Source of the DNA: Octopus sinensis
Taxonomy: Eukaryota
Assembly: GCF_006345805.1 (NCBI RefSeq)
Contig: NW_021824523.1
Coordinates: forward strand, 1 to 18,322
Direction: 5' to 3'
Length of the DNA stretch: 18,322 nucleotides
This document shows, in pieces, positions 1 to 10,395 of this stretch; positions within the stretch are counted from its first letter, which is position 1, and each line of letters begins with the position of its first letter. The position numbers were made by a program, and so were the translations under genes. The notes beneath the pieces are model-generated. The model saw nothing but the letters and a program-made list of their open reading frames with translations, ran no database searches and was not told the origin of the DNA.

Positions 1-445
1 CAACGCCGGAAGTCACCGCACGCCACTGATATATATATTATATATATAAACACATTCAACATGTTTGTGCTCGTGCAAATATGATACAAAATAGTTCATT
101 GAAGGCGTTATGGTAGTTAAGAAGATATAGATTAAAGAAGGAAGGAGAATGGTAGATAAAAACTAGTGAGTTGGGGAGAACGTTATAAAGTGTGAAGGAT
201 AGGGTAGTGTGCATGCATCAAAATGGACATTTAAGAAATGTCATTAGGTTTATAGTAAGCATTGATAATTGCTTTTAAATGAAAGATGTTTATATATTTT
301 AATAGATCAATATTTCTGGTATAATGCAGTTTTTCGAGTTTAAATATACTAAATAAGTATAATATACTAATTAAATATTGTAAATATAAATTAAATCTAA
401 TTTAAGTGGCAATATGTATCTATTTTACTGTAAACTTTATTAAAC

Positions 446-757
446 ACCCACAAAGTTATCAACCACCTCACCAACAACAACACTGAACACCTTTTTGATC
501 TCCATGTGTCTAACACACATAGACATGCCTACAAAGTCAGAAAACAACACAGCACCCATGACTTTCGGAAACATTTTTTCACGCTCAGAGTTGCTGAAGC
601 ATGGAATAAACTGCCTGCGTCAGTTGTTGACTGCCAAGACACTGCATCCTTTAAGGCCCTCATGCTTTCCGAAATCCGTCGAAACTACACCTGATTATAT
701 ATACACTTTAGATGAGTTGTAGTGCACCTGAGCACTGTACACAATGTTTAATTATTA
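446..757 (+). mobile_element. CR1/L2-group LINE, 5'-truncated 3' end with target-site duplication
   Basis: The frame of ORF 506-694 reads THKVINHLTNNNTEHLFDLHVSNTHRHAYKVRKQHSTHDFRKHFFTLRVAEAWNKLPASVV...FK, matching the CR1/L2 ORF2 C-terminal pattern (FF.LRV..WN.LP..VV). It is followed by a short 3' UTR with hairpin GTGC-acctga-GCAC and an (ATT)n tail. TTATTAAAC flanks both sides (437-445, 758-766). Confidence 0.85.
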
Positions 758-1837
758 TTATTAAACTTACTTCTCTGAAATATTTAGTTAAGTTACTGTA
801 GTATCCTACTAAACTAAACTAAAGATATAACATATTATCTTAAAGTAATAATAGCTTTAGTGTATTTAGTTATATAAATTTTCTATATATAATATCTAAT
901 AGTAGGTTCTGTTTATGTTAACGTAATAAGTATCGACTGTATATTTACTCAAATATTTTGATGGCGTAACAATTTTAGATATAATTAAATGGAATTTGAT
1001 ATAATATACTTTATTAATCTTCGGTATTGTTACCAAACATATGCTCAACAAGTAGGCGTCTTGTGCATCCACTACAACCGTCTTCTTCCCCAATCAACTT
1101 GACCTGGGCTTGACACTGGATTGAAGAGGGTTATGGTCGAGAGAGCGAGACTGATGGTGCGCAGCTCTCCTTCCTTTTAAACAAAGTCGGCGCACTTGTC
1201 ACCAGTCATTCTTGGAGATGACAAGATGACCTTGCTCTGACGGACGAACATGGGTGAGGAGGGAGGAAGAGTAAGTAAAGGAGAGATGCAGGGTTACTTA
1301 GCATAAGAAGTGCTAGGAGTTCACATAGAAAGGTTGGTGGCAAGGAAATAATAAAACAACACTACACACACACATATACACACACACTCAAACACACGGA
1401 CACACACACTACACAAAGTGAGAGCGAAAGAATCATTGAAACAGCTAAGAAGGAGAGGAAGTAGATGGGAGAGTAGTTTTGGGAGGAGTCTTACACATGT
1501 GAAATACATTGTATTTAATCTTATTTAAAGACAGTAAACACTCAAAGCTATCCGTCTTGTGAAGAATGTAACTGTAGCTGGGTGGAAACGAATGACATAC
1601 ATTAACCCAACGTAATTTAGCGGAGATTTGGTTGCTATTCTTGGTATATCGAGTGACAGTGTAGAAGTTTGAATAAAGATAGTTAAGTATTACGAGTGAT
1701 AGGCTTCCTTGTGGCATCGAATTACGTTTTTGTTCAATTCTTTGTTGAGTGAGGATGTAAATGAAAGCTGGACACAAAGAATCGGTAGAGTTTTCATTGC
1801 CAATAATAGGGAATTATAATAATCACCTGGTAGTGAT

Positions 1838-1840
<3 letters not shown>

Positions 1841-1909
<69 letters not shown>
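1841..1909. repeat. (AT)n microsatellite
   Basis: About 34 uninterrupted AT units. Confidence 0.98.
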
Positions 1910-1911
<2 letters not shown>

Positions 1912-2074
1912 TTAGAGGACTGACCACTAAAAAAATGGACAGCCTATACGCTAGATATAGACGTCAAAATCGCCATTTTCCACGAAGAGTGTGTTCTCAA
2001 GAAAAAATTCAGCAAAAAAACGAAGTGTAAAAATAAGCAAGACAAATGAAAATATACGAAATAAAAGAATGATT

Positions 2075-2152
2075 ACCTATGTACTAATTAGTTTCACTTG
2101 TTAATATTTACGTATATGGATACGCAAACATCTGCAAGATCCTCAGCATGGT
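2075..2152 (-). ncRNA. Type I hammerhead ribozyme motif (minimal, Penelope/retrozyme type)
   Basis: Minus strand reads ACCATG-CTGAGGA-T-CTTG-cagatg-TTTGCGTAT-ccat-ATACGTAAA-tattaa-CAAG-T-GAAA-CTAATTAG-TA-CATAGGT. It has the full core, a bipartite stem II, palindromic stem III (ACTAATTAGT), a GUA triplet and a 6-bp stem I with a 1-nt bulge. Confidence 0.8.
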
Positions 2153-2274
2153 CAGTTGTTTACAAAACACAATTTCCAGAACTAGATACAGAACGTCCGA
2201 CCGAAATCCAGTATGTATAAAGTTCTACAAATTATATTTATGTGTATCTTTCGAATGCCTTCACAATATATATT

Positions 2275-2488
2275 GTTTGTTCCTTTTCGAGCCATGCCTG
2301 GCTCATAAGGGCCGATTTTCCGGTTTCCTTGGCGTATAGATTCCTCACCTGGACGGGACGCTGGTCCATCGCAGGTGAGCTGCAAGATGCAGGAGAAAAG
2401 AGTGAGAGAAAATTGTGGCGAAAGAGTCAGCAGAAGTTCGCCATTACCTTCTGCCGGAGCTGCGTGGAGCTTAGATGTTTCGCTCATA
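2275..2488 (-). mobile_element. SINE fragment (body and 3' half)
   Basis: 2400-2486 aligns with 17655-17743 of the TSD-flanked SINE. The 3' part on the minus strand contains CTGCGATGGACCAGCGTCCCGTCCAGG, reminiscent of conserved SINE central domains. Family assignment is from memory only. Confidence 0.65.
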
Positions 2489-2508
2489 TATATGTATATA
2501 TATATATA

Positions 2509-2795
2509 CTTCCAGTTGACCCGATCAGCGGAACAGCCTGCTCGTGAATTTAACGTGCAAGTGATTGAGCACTCCACAGACACGTGTGCTATTAAAGTAG
2601 TTCCCAAGGAGATTCAGTGTAACACAGAATTTGATAAGGCTGGCCCTTTGAAATACAAGTATTCTTCACTTGTGCCAGCTGAGCAGACTGGGGCAACGTG
2701 AAATAAAGTGTCTTGCTCAAGGACACAACGCGTCACCAGGAATTGAACTCACGACCTTGTGCCGAATATCCTAACCATTAATCCACGCACCTTCA
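2509..2795 (-). mobile_element. tRNA-derived CORE-like SINE
   Basis: Minus strand has a degenerate A box (GTGGATTAATGGTT), a B box (GAGTTCAATTCC) and then the CORE-like GTGTCCTTGAGCAAGACACTTTATTTCACGTTGCCCCAGTCTGCTCAGCTG. It ends in (TA)n. Confidence 0.8.
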
Positions 2796-2979
2796 CACAC
2801 AGACACACAAAAACATACACACAAACACACACACATGATATATGTATGTGTGTGTGTGCGTGTGTGTGAGATTCTTGTTTTGGAATTACGAATCTCCAAA
2901 CACAAATCTTTAGAATTATTTGACGTATTCGCGAAGTTTATAAATTCTAATGAAATCAATATATATATGTATATATATA

Positions 2980-3019
<40 letters not shown>

Positions 3020-3022
<3 letters not shown>

Positions 3023-3232
3023 CGGGATTCTTTCAGTTTCCGTCTACCAAATCCACTCACAAGGCTTTCGTCGGCCCGAGGATATACTAGAAGTCACTTG
3101 CCCAAGGTGTCACAGTATGGACTGAACCCAGAACCATATGGTGTCTAAGCAAGCTACTTACCACACAGCCACTCTTGCGCCTCTGGGCAACACCTATGAG
3201 CCACTCCTGCACCTATGAGCCACTCTTGCGCC

Positions 3233-3235
<3 letters not shown>
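3020..3235 (-). mobile_element. Inverted duplicate of the 5' half of the adjacent SINE
   Basis: About 97% identical to the reverse complement of 3301-3542 over the aligned SINE body. It ends at the (AT)n tract 2961-3019. Confidence 0.9.
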
Positions 3236-3260
<25 letters not shown>

Positions 3261-3263
<3 letters not shown>

Positions 3264-3368
3264 GGCGCAGGAGTGGCTTATATATATATAATATATATAT
3301 ATAGGCGCAGGAGTGGCTCATAGGTGCAGGAGTGTCTCATAGACGCAGGAGTGGCACATAGGTGCAGG
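3261..3368 (+). repeat. 19-bp tandem repeat of the SINE 5' end (ATAGGYGCAGGAGTGGCTC)
   Basis: Units at 3261-3279, 3301-3319, 3320-3338, 3339-3357 and a partial at 3358-3368. Two reverse-complement units at 3198-3235. Confidence 0.9.
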
Positions 3369-3760
3369 TGTTGCCCAGAGGCGGAAGAGTGGCTGTGTGG
3401 TAAGTAGCTTGCTTAGCCACCATATGATTCTGGGTTCAGTCCCACACTGTGACACCTTGGGCAAGTGACTTCTAGTATATCCTCGGGCCGACGAAAGCCT
3501 TGTGAGTGGATTTGGTAGACGGAAACTGGAAGAATCCCGTCGTATATATATATATATATATGTTTGTATGTATGTGTTCCCCCCACCATTGCTTGACAAC
3601 CGATGTTGGTGTGTTTACGTCCCCGTAACTTAGCGGTTCTGCAAAAGAGAATGATAGAATAAGTACTAGGCTTAGAAAGAATAAGTTCTGGTGTCGATTG
3701 GTTCGACTAAATGTGGTGTTCCAGCATTGCCGCGGTCAAATGACTGAAACAAATAAAAGA
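3301..3760 (+). mobile_element. Full-length tRNA-derived SINE with CORE-like segment
   Basis: A box TGGCTGTGTGG, B-box-like GGGTTCAGTCC, CORE-like GTGACACCTTGGGCAAGTGACTT, internal (AT)n and a TAAAAGA tail. Same family as 11818-12218. Confidence 0.9.
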
Positions 3761-3792
3761 ATATATATATATATATATATATACATTTAGTG

Positions 3793-4068
3793 AGGGTGTA
3801 ATACCTAGTCGCAAGTAGTTAGGGTGTAGCAATCAGGCTTCACGATCAAGAGATGGTAGTTTCAATTTCTGAGCTGTGTTGTCCGTTGTGCTCCTGAGCA
3901 AAACAATTCATCTCACGTTGCCCTGTGATCCCTTCGACACCTGATGCGTTGCACACCGTACACCTGTTCAGGTAAAATCGATTTTATAGAGGGAATGAGC
4001 TAATGTACAGCATACGCATTTGATCAATATAAACAAATCATTTGTGCCGCTTGTTCAGCAAGACATTG
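3793..4068 (+). mobile_element. Degenerate tRNA-derived CORE-like SINE
   Basis: Decayed B box (GTTTCAATTTC) followed by GTGCTCCTGAGCAAAACAATTCATCTCACGTTGCCCTG, similar to the CORE-like segment of 2509-2795. Confidence 0.6.
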
Positions 4069-4214
4069 CATAACTGTCTTTGTCGTATTCCGAGAGACTA
4101 CTGTCTGTAATATTTAAAAGGATTCATTTGAATTACTATTGTACATGTTCCCATGATGGACATTTACTGCGTCTCGAAGGATATGAGTAAGTATTTCATT
4201 TATGTCTTACGTAT

Positions 4215-4275
4215 TTATCGCTGAGGAGGAGAAAATTCTTATGAATTAACTCTGAAATTGGGACCAATGCGGTAA
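4215..4275 (+). ncRNA. Type I hammerhead ribozyme motif, cleavage site variant (G17)
   Basis: TTATCG-CTGAGGA-GGAG-aa-AATTC-ttat-GAATT-aa-CTCT-GAAA-TTGG-ga-CCAA-T-G-CGGTAA. All three stems form and the core is complete, but the triplet is AUG, which breaks the NUH rule. Confidence 0.7.
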
Positions 4276-4489
4276 TAACGGAATTTCTTAGAAATGTCTA
4301 TCGGCTTGTTTCGAGACGCATTTTAATTGTGATAAATTATAATGGTTTTTGACAATTTGTCTATTTTCGGCATATTGCGCATTAGAATTTTTTTCTTTTG
4401 CCCTTATTTTATAAGTTATTTATAAATTTAACATTGAAAGGTATTTTTTAATATGCTGGCTATTGATAAAGTTTTTTATCGAAAAAATC

Positions 4490-4507
4490 CTATATTATAT
4501 ATATATA

Positions 4508-4554
<47 letters not shown>

Positions 4555-4708
4555 GAAAACAAGCAGAAATCTCAGGTACGAGGTATATATGTTTCATGTA
4601 ACATTCATTCATGCATACATGCGTACTTAGAGATATACATAAATATTATATGTGTGTGTGTATTACCATCACGGAATACTCCACTCTCTCTATATATACA
4701 TCGATACG

Positions 4709-4749
<41 letters not shown>

Positions 4750-4751
4750 CC

Positions 4752-4793
<42 letters not shown>

Positions 4794-5330
4794 CCATATA
4801 CATATATATGTGTGTATATATGTGTCAATGGGTGCATGTGCGTGTATATATATATATATATCTCAAAATAATCAATGATTTATATGGATAATACCATACC
4901 AAATTCTGTTGCCTTTAACTTAAGTACTATATTCATCTGAATCTAAATTTTGCATATATATATATATACATCTACATTTTTATTCATCTAAATCTGTCTA
5001 TACATATATGTATATACATAACTATGCATACATACACACAGACACATACATACCTATACATAGACACATGCCCATATACACACATTTGAATATATACCTT
5101 AATCACTCTGTTCGTGTCGATAGCTTCTTCTATCTGTGATTCAATCCGTATATCTTACGCCATCCTATCTCTAACCGTTTGTTTGTCCTCACTGCTTGTT
5201 GCACTATTTCTCTAATCAATAATGATATCTAGTTAGAGACCTACATACACAACGAAACAAAAGAGAAGAATGCAGATAATATACATACTTGTAATGTATA
5301 CATGCAAATATACATAGATACATACATACA

Positions 5331-5360
<30 letters not shown>
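4490..5360. repeat. Compound microsatellite region: (AT)n, (GT)n 4515-4553, CACCCATATACAT(AT)n units ~4705-4810, (ACAT)n 5319-5360
   Basis: Directly visible simple repeats. Confidence 0.9.
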
Positions 5361-5362
<2 letters not shown>

Positions 5363-5597
5363 AAAATGGATAACGAGACGCATCGATAGACCGGTTGATA
5401 GATAACCATATTTGAATACTGATCTATTCATACGGCCTCTTCTTCACGTTGCCCATGTCAGCCTGGCCTAGCAGTTAACTCGTCTATATCCTGGGCCACA
5501 TCTAGCTCGACCAGTGTGCATGTATCTGCCTGTCTGTTTGGCTGCCTGTCTGTACCATTTTCTCTCTCACTCTCTGTTCATGAATGTATGTATGTCT

Positions 5598-5643
5598 TTC
5601 TCTCTCTCTCTCTCTCTCTTTAATCTCTATTTGTATATATACG

Positions 5644-5679
<36 letters not shown>

Positions 5680-5890
5680 TGTATGTATGTATGTATGTAT
5701 GTATGTATATATGTATATATTATATATATATATAATATATGGTGTGTATATATATATGTATGCATATATATGTTTGTATATATATAATATATGTATATAT
5801 AAAATATATATAATATATATATATATATTGAATATACGTATTCACAGACACACACACACTCACACAATATATGCACACGCACACAGACAC

Positions 5891-5950
<60 letters not shown>
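5598..5950. repeat. Compound microsatellite (CT)n/(TATG)n/(AT)n/(CA)n
   Basis: Directly visible simple repeats. Confidence 0.95.
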
Positions 5951-5951
<1 letters not shown>

Positions 5952-6067
5952 GAGCAATCCCATATATACGCTAGTGGAAATGTTGGCGTAGATATGCCCA
6001 GGAATGTATGCATGTTTATATATATTTGTATATGCAGACATATACTTGTGTGTATTTATTTATTTGG

Positions 6068-6084
6068 TATCTATCTATCTATCT

Positions 6085-6171
<87 letters not shown>

Positions 6172-6186
6172 GCTAGCTAGCTATCA

Positions 6187-6219
<33 letters not shown>
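6068..6219. repeat. (TATC)n / GATA microsatellite upstream of the LINE
   Basis: About 150 bp of TATC units with a short (CTAG)n island near 6168-6183. It abuts the LINE 5' junction. Confidence 0.98.
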
Positions 6220-6220
6220 G

Positions 6221-6481
6221 GATACACAAACATTTGTGAAGATGACTTTAAAAATAGCAATCATCCACGCACTACACCACCCAAACACATCAAAATACTA
6301 CACATCACACAAACACAAAACACACAAACTCAAAGCCCTCTTCCCAAATGCTGTAGGGGGTTTCCAGAAATATCTGTCCCAAAAACTATATAGAAACCTC
6401 CTCGAAGACACATCAAAGAACGAGGAAGCCAAAACTTTCGACCAAGTAAGTAACTCTCTTACTTTCATTTGTGTGTTTTAA
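6221..6481 (+). pseudogene. Probable C-terminal remnant of LINE ORF1
   Basis: The frame is open from the microsatellite junction (6221) to TAA at 6479-6481, 18 nt before the ORF2 ATG. No diagnostic motif is recognised, so the assignment is by position only. Confidence 0.45.
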
Positions 6482-6499
6482 AGCACACACCCCAATAGC

Positions 6500-9400
6500 A
6501 TGGTCAAGATTGGTTGTGTGAATGCGCGTGGCTTGGGGTCTCCTTGGAAACAAGGATACCTCCTAAATGACATCAAGTCACATGATTTGGGAATCATAGC
6601 CATAAGTGAGACCAGACTCCACGAGCCACGGGCCCTAAAGACCATGTTTGGCGGACAGTTTAACATTATTTCGCTCCCTGTCTGCCGAGGATGGGCGGTA
6701 GTGGTACCGCGGTACTTTTTCACAAGAGCCGGATCTCGAAGTCAAGACGATATCGTAGACCCGGAGGGTAGACTGATCGTTCTGGATGTTGACGGCAGCA
6801 ATGGGTGCGCTTTTCGACTCGTATCAGTTTACGCACCGCCCTTAACAGGTCGGGCGGATTTCTTTCGACGTCTAGAAGTATTCTTGGGAACGTCTCGTCC
6901 TTTACTCTTAGTGGGGGATTGGAATGCTACCTTGGACACGCATGTAGACTACGTGGGTAGAGACAGAAACAGAAGGGGATGCAAATGCCTCAGAGACCTG
7001 CTTAGACGATTCCAACTGTCTGACAGGTACCGACTCGACCACCCAAATGCACCAACGTGGACATGGAGCAACCGCAGTGGGTCGTCGAGATCGTATCTAG
7101 ATAGGATACTGTGTAGGACAGTAGACAAGGATAACTTAGGATGTCCACAATTCCACACAGTCAGCTACACGGATCACAAATTGGTGACGTGTACGCTAGA
7201 CTTAGATAAGGCACATAGACAGGGTCCTGGGTACTGGAACTGAACGCATCATTCCCGTCCAGACAAGTTTTCAGAGACCGGATTAGCACACTAGTAAAGA
7301 GGGCTTTGACGGGAGCCATCATCAACAACAAATGGTGGTTTGCCCTCAAGAGAGCAGTAAAAGCAGAAGCGATTAGGTACAGCAAAGCACTAGCCATAGA
7401 TAGAAATAGAGTAGAGGGTGAGCTAGTTAAGAAGCTAGAAGAGGCAATTAGAAGCGGCATCGCATCCGACGTTTTTGGCGGCGAGGTTGGCCCTCGACCA
7501 ACACTTCAACGCCAAACACGAAGGATGTGCTGTCAGAGCTAGGATGCGTGCTCTAAGGAACGAAGGTGTTGGAGCCGCGAGAGAGGCCCGGGTGGCAAGA
7601 GGCGCAACAGGGCAACAAAGCCACCATTCGGTCACTGGTAGATGAACAGGGGCGCGAATTGCTCGAGCCAAGTAAAATGTGTGAGGCCTTTCAGCAGCAT
7701 TTTGCCCGACTGTTCGGGACGAGTGGAGGGCAAGAACGTAGGGTAGACTTCAGTGCCTACCTACATAGCCTGCCACGACTCTCGACAAGAAAGGCAGGGT
7801 GCTGCGAAGGTGCCATCACGGCGGCGGAAGTGCGGGAAGCGATGGCAGAATGCTCGAGGGACAAATCACCGGGTTTGGATGGTCTACCCTACGAATTTTA
7901 CTATTGCATGCCAGACTTGTTTGGAGACGTCTTGGCAGCGGTATACTGCAACTGGCAGCAAAACGGGAGCATACCCGGTTTTGTGAGTCGAGGAGCTGTA
8001 ACTCTCTGAAGAAAGATCCAAACAAGGGAAACATTATAGATAACTTTAGGCCAATCACTCTGCTCAATGCAGACCTGAAAATTTTGACAAAGGTGTTAGC
8101 CAAGAGGTTGGCGCTTGTCATGGAGAAACTGGTCGACAACGCACAAACGTGCGCCGTGCCGGGCCGGAGCATCCATGACAACCTCATCTGATGCGCTACA
8201 TCATAGACAGGGTAGTTAACGAACCTGGCATGGGTGGGGCCCTGATCAACTTGGATCAATCGAAAGCCTTTGATAGGGTAGACCATCGATACTTGGAGGC
8301 AGTCCTGAGAGCGGCTGGTTTCGGTCCCGTCTTCCGCGGCTGGATAGCTGCCTTGTACAGAGGCATCCGTTCGGTAATTCGCGTAAATGGACATCTATCG
8401 AGACCCTTCGACATTGCACGTTCGGTCCGTCAGGGATGCCCCCTCTCGCGCTTCTATACGTATTGACTCTTGAGCCACTACTGCGGAAGCTGGCGACTCT
8501 GAGGGGCATCCCGCGAGAATTGGGATGCGGGACGAGCGTGTCTGCATACGCGGACGACGTCACCGTCATAGTGTCAAGCCACGAGCACATCGAGCGGGTC
8601 GGCGAGACACTGAAAGACTACGAAGCGGTGACAGGAGCAAAAATCAACCGGGAAAAGTCAGTGGGCTTGCGACTCGTCACCTGGAGAAGCAAACCCATGC
8701 CGTCCACCAGTACCTCCGTCGTGGGACGCTGGACAGACGGCCCGGTTGAGTTGCTCGGGGTCTGGTTCGGTCCGGACCTCCAAATGGAGAAGAACTGGAA
8801 CGAGATAACGAGTAGGGTAGTCACTCTCGCCCAGCAATGGGCCGAGAGGAAACTGTCCCTAAAAGGTCGGGCGGAGGTGTGAACGCGTACATCGCGTCCA
8901 TCATCTACTACCGCCTGACCGTCGTACCTTGTCCCGACCCTACCATCACCAAACTAGAACGCATCCTCTTCCGCTTCTTGTGGAAAGGATGCGTCCCGAT
9001 GGTCAGGCGATCCATTTGCTGTCAACACCCGTTAAAAGGAGGGCTGGGCATGCCGTGGTTGATGATGCGCAGACACGCGCTGAGACTGCGACATCTCCGG
9101 CTCTATGTAGACGACGGTGAACAGGTGTGGTCGCCGTTTGTGAGGCACGCATTCCCGCAACTCGTCTCCATGACCGAACTACAGTCGTGGATCAAAAAGA
9201 GGCCGAAGAAGAGCGAATGGCACCGCGAGTGTCGCGTTGCTCTCAAGCAACTCTGCCGTCCCGGGTCGACCTTGAGTGACTTCAACACAACCAAAGCATT
9301 CTATAGGGGATTAGTGGAGGGGAGGTACGACGACGAGCTCGGGGCAAACCTGGGCGTCGACGAGGAATACCTGACCCGCCTGTTTCAAACGACTTTCGGC

Positions 9401-9930
9401 CGGGACCTATGGACAACTTCCAGAGATCCCTGGCCTGGCGGTGCTACCGAGAAGCGCTACCCGTTCGGGATAAGCTCTATAGGCATGGCTCGAGAAACAC
9501 GGGGCCGACCTGCCCGAGATGCGGGCAGAGCGACGAAACCGCTCTGCACGCAATCGTGCAGTGTCCAGCAATTTCCCACCTGTGGGCTTATGTCGAACGA
9601 CTGCTGTCACGTGTGGGACGTGTCGGTTTATCCGCCGAGTCTATCGTTAATATCGTCACGCCTCCTTCCTTCAAACGGGAAGGAAGAGCTATTTTTATCA
9701 TACTTGTGGCTATGGCGAAAGAATGTATCTGGTGGACGCGTCTGAAAGGATTAGAGACAAACACTTTCCTCTCTGGTCAATCTCTCATCAACTTCTTCAA
9801 GTATCACTTGAAGAAAAAAGTGAGAGTAGAGAGGCAAGTTTTGTCTAGTGAATGTTTTAAAAAAAGATGGGTGAATGTAGCAAGGATGGCACGTATGAAT
9901 GACGAAGCCACCTTGACTATGATTCTATGA
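6500..9930 (+). pseudogene. LINE ORF2 (APE endonuclease - reverse transcriptase - C-terminal zinc finger), frameshifted as given; reconstructs to 1144 aa
   Basis: APE motifs: NARGL, SETR, LVGDWN, SYLDRI, YTDHKLV. RT motifs: KSPGLDGLPYEFY, NFRPITLLNADLKIL, LDQSKAFDRVDH, VRQGCPLS, YADDV, LLGV, GGLGMP. Zinc finger: CPRC...ETALHAIVQC. Eight 1-nt indels join the ORF-track pieces. Confidence 0.93.
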
Positions 9931-10355
9931 ACCGTAAAAATTAATACAGAGAGTTGCTTATTTGCAAAAAAAAAAAAAGAAATATAACATGTGACTTCAT
10001 TGACCGAGGTTACCGTGGTCTTTTCCGTAGGCTTTTCTTTCCACGGGTAAACCTCACCTGTCCTCCCTTTACACTTCATATTGACATTTCTGTGATAACG
10101 ATCCCTATTGATCAATTTTTTTCCTCTCCCCCTTTTTTTTTAACCCCCCCTTTTTTTGTTTCTCTCCTCTTTCTCTCCTTTTACGATCCCTTTTGATCGA
10201 CCCCCCCCCCCCTTTTTTATTTTATTTTATTTTTTATTTTATTATTATTATTATTATTATTATTATATTTTTTTTTTTTTTTTAACCTTCAAAAGAAAAG
10301 CTCTACCTTGTAATTGTTCTATCTGTGTGCAGCCCTGTGTGGCTAATAAAGAAAC

Positions 10356-10395
10356 ATATCTATCTATATCTATCTATCTATCTATCTATCTATCT
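10356..10395. repeat. (TATC)n spacer between two LINE 3' ends
   Basis: TATC units directly after AATAAAGAAAC. Confidence 0.95.

Larger units (their letters stand above)
6220..10355 (+). mobile_element. Tx1/L1-clade non-LTR retrotransposon, 5'-truncated, embedded in (TATC)n
   Basis: Contains a putative ORF1 tail, an ORF2 with APE, RT and zinc finger, and a pyrimidine-rich 3' UTR. It ends at AATAAAGAAAC and joins (TATC)n directly with no poly(A). Confidence 0.92.

Noticed and set aside
280-1010. Very AT-rich tract around the CR1 fragment considered as a mitochondrial insertion
   Set aside because: No mitochondrial rRNA, tRNA or protein motif could be recognised. A BLASTN against cephalopod mitogenomes would settle it.
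896-1777. ORFs 896-1093, 1321-1509 and 1445-1777 in a less repetitive stretch
   Set aside because: No recognisable domains or convincing splice signals, and their lengths are compatible with chance.
3198-3368. Regularly spaced 19-bp repeats resembling a CRISPR array
   Set aside because: There are no unique spacers or cas genes, the context is eukaryotic, and the unit is the SINE 5' end.
2835-6176. Many ORFs rich in YI, CV, TH, MYVC and LSIY repeats (also 10325-11487 and 14854-15186)
   Set aside because: They are translations of (AT)n, (GT)n, (CA)n, (TATG)n and (TATC)n microsatellites, which lack stops in some frames.
8006-8035. CTGAAGA...GAAA inside LINE ORF2 (similarly CTGAAGA at ~14312 and CTGAGGA at ~14578)
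   Set aside because: No adjacent stem II, and the sequence is explained by codons.
6478-9610. Antisense and alternative-frame ORFs overlapping LINE ORF2 (e.g. 7816-8394 -, 8246-8590 -, 7753-7986 +)
   Set aside because: They are shadows of a GC-rich coding region with no independent motifs.
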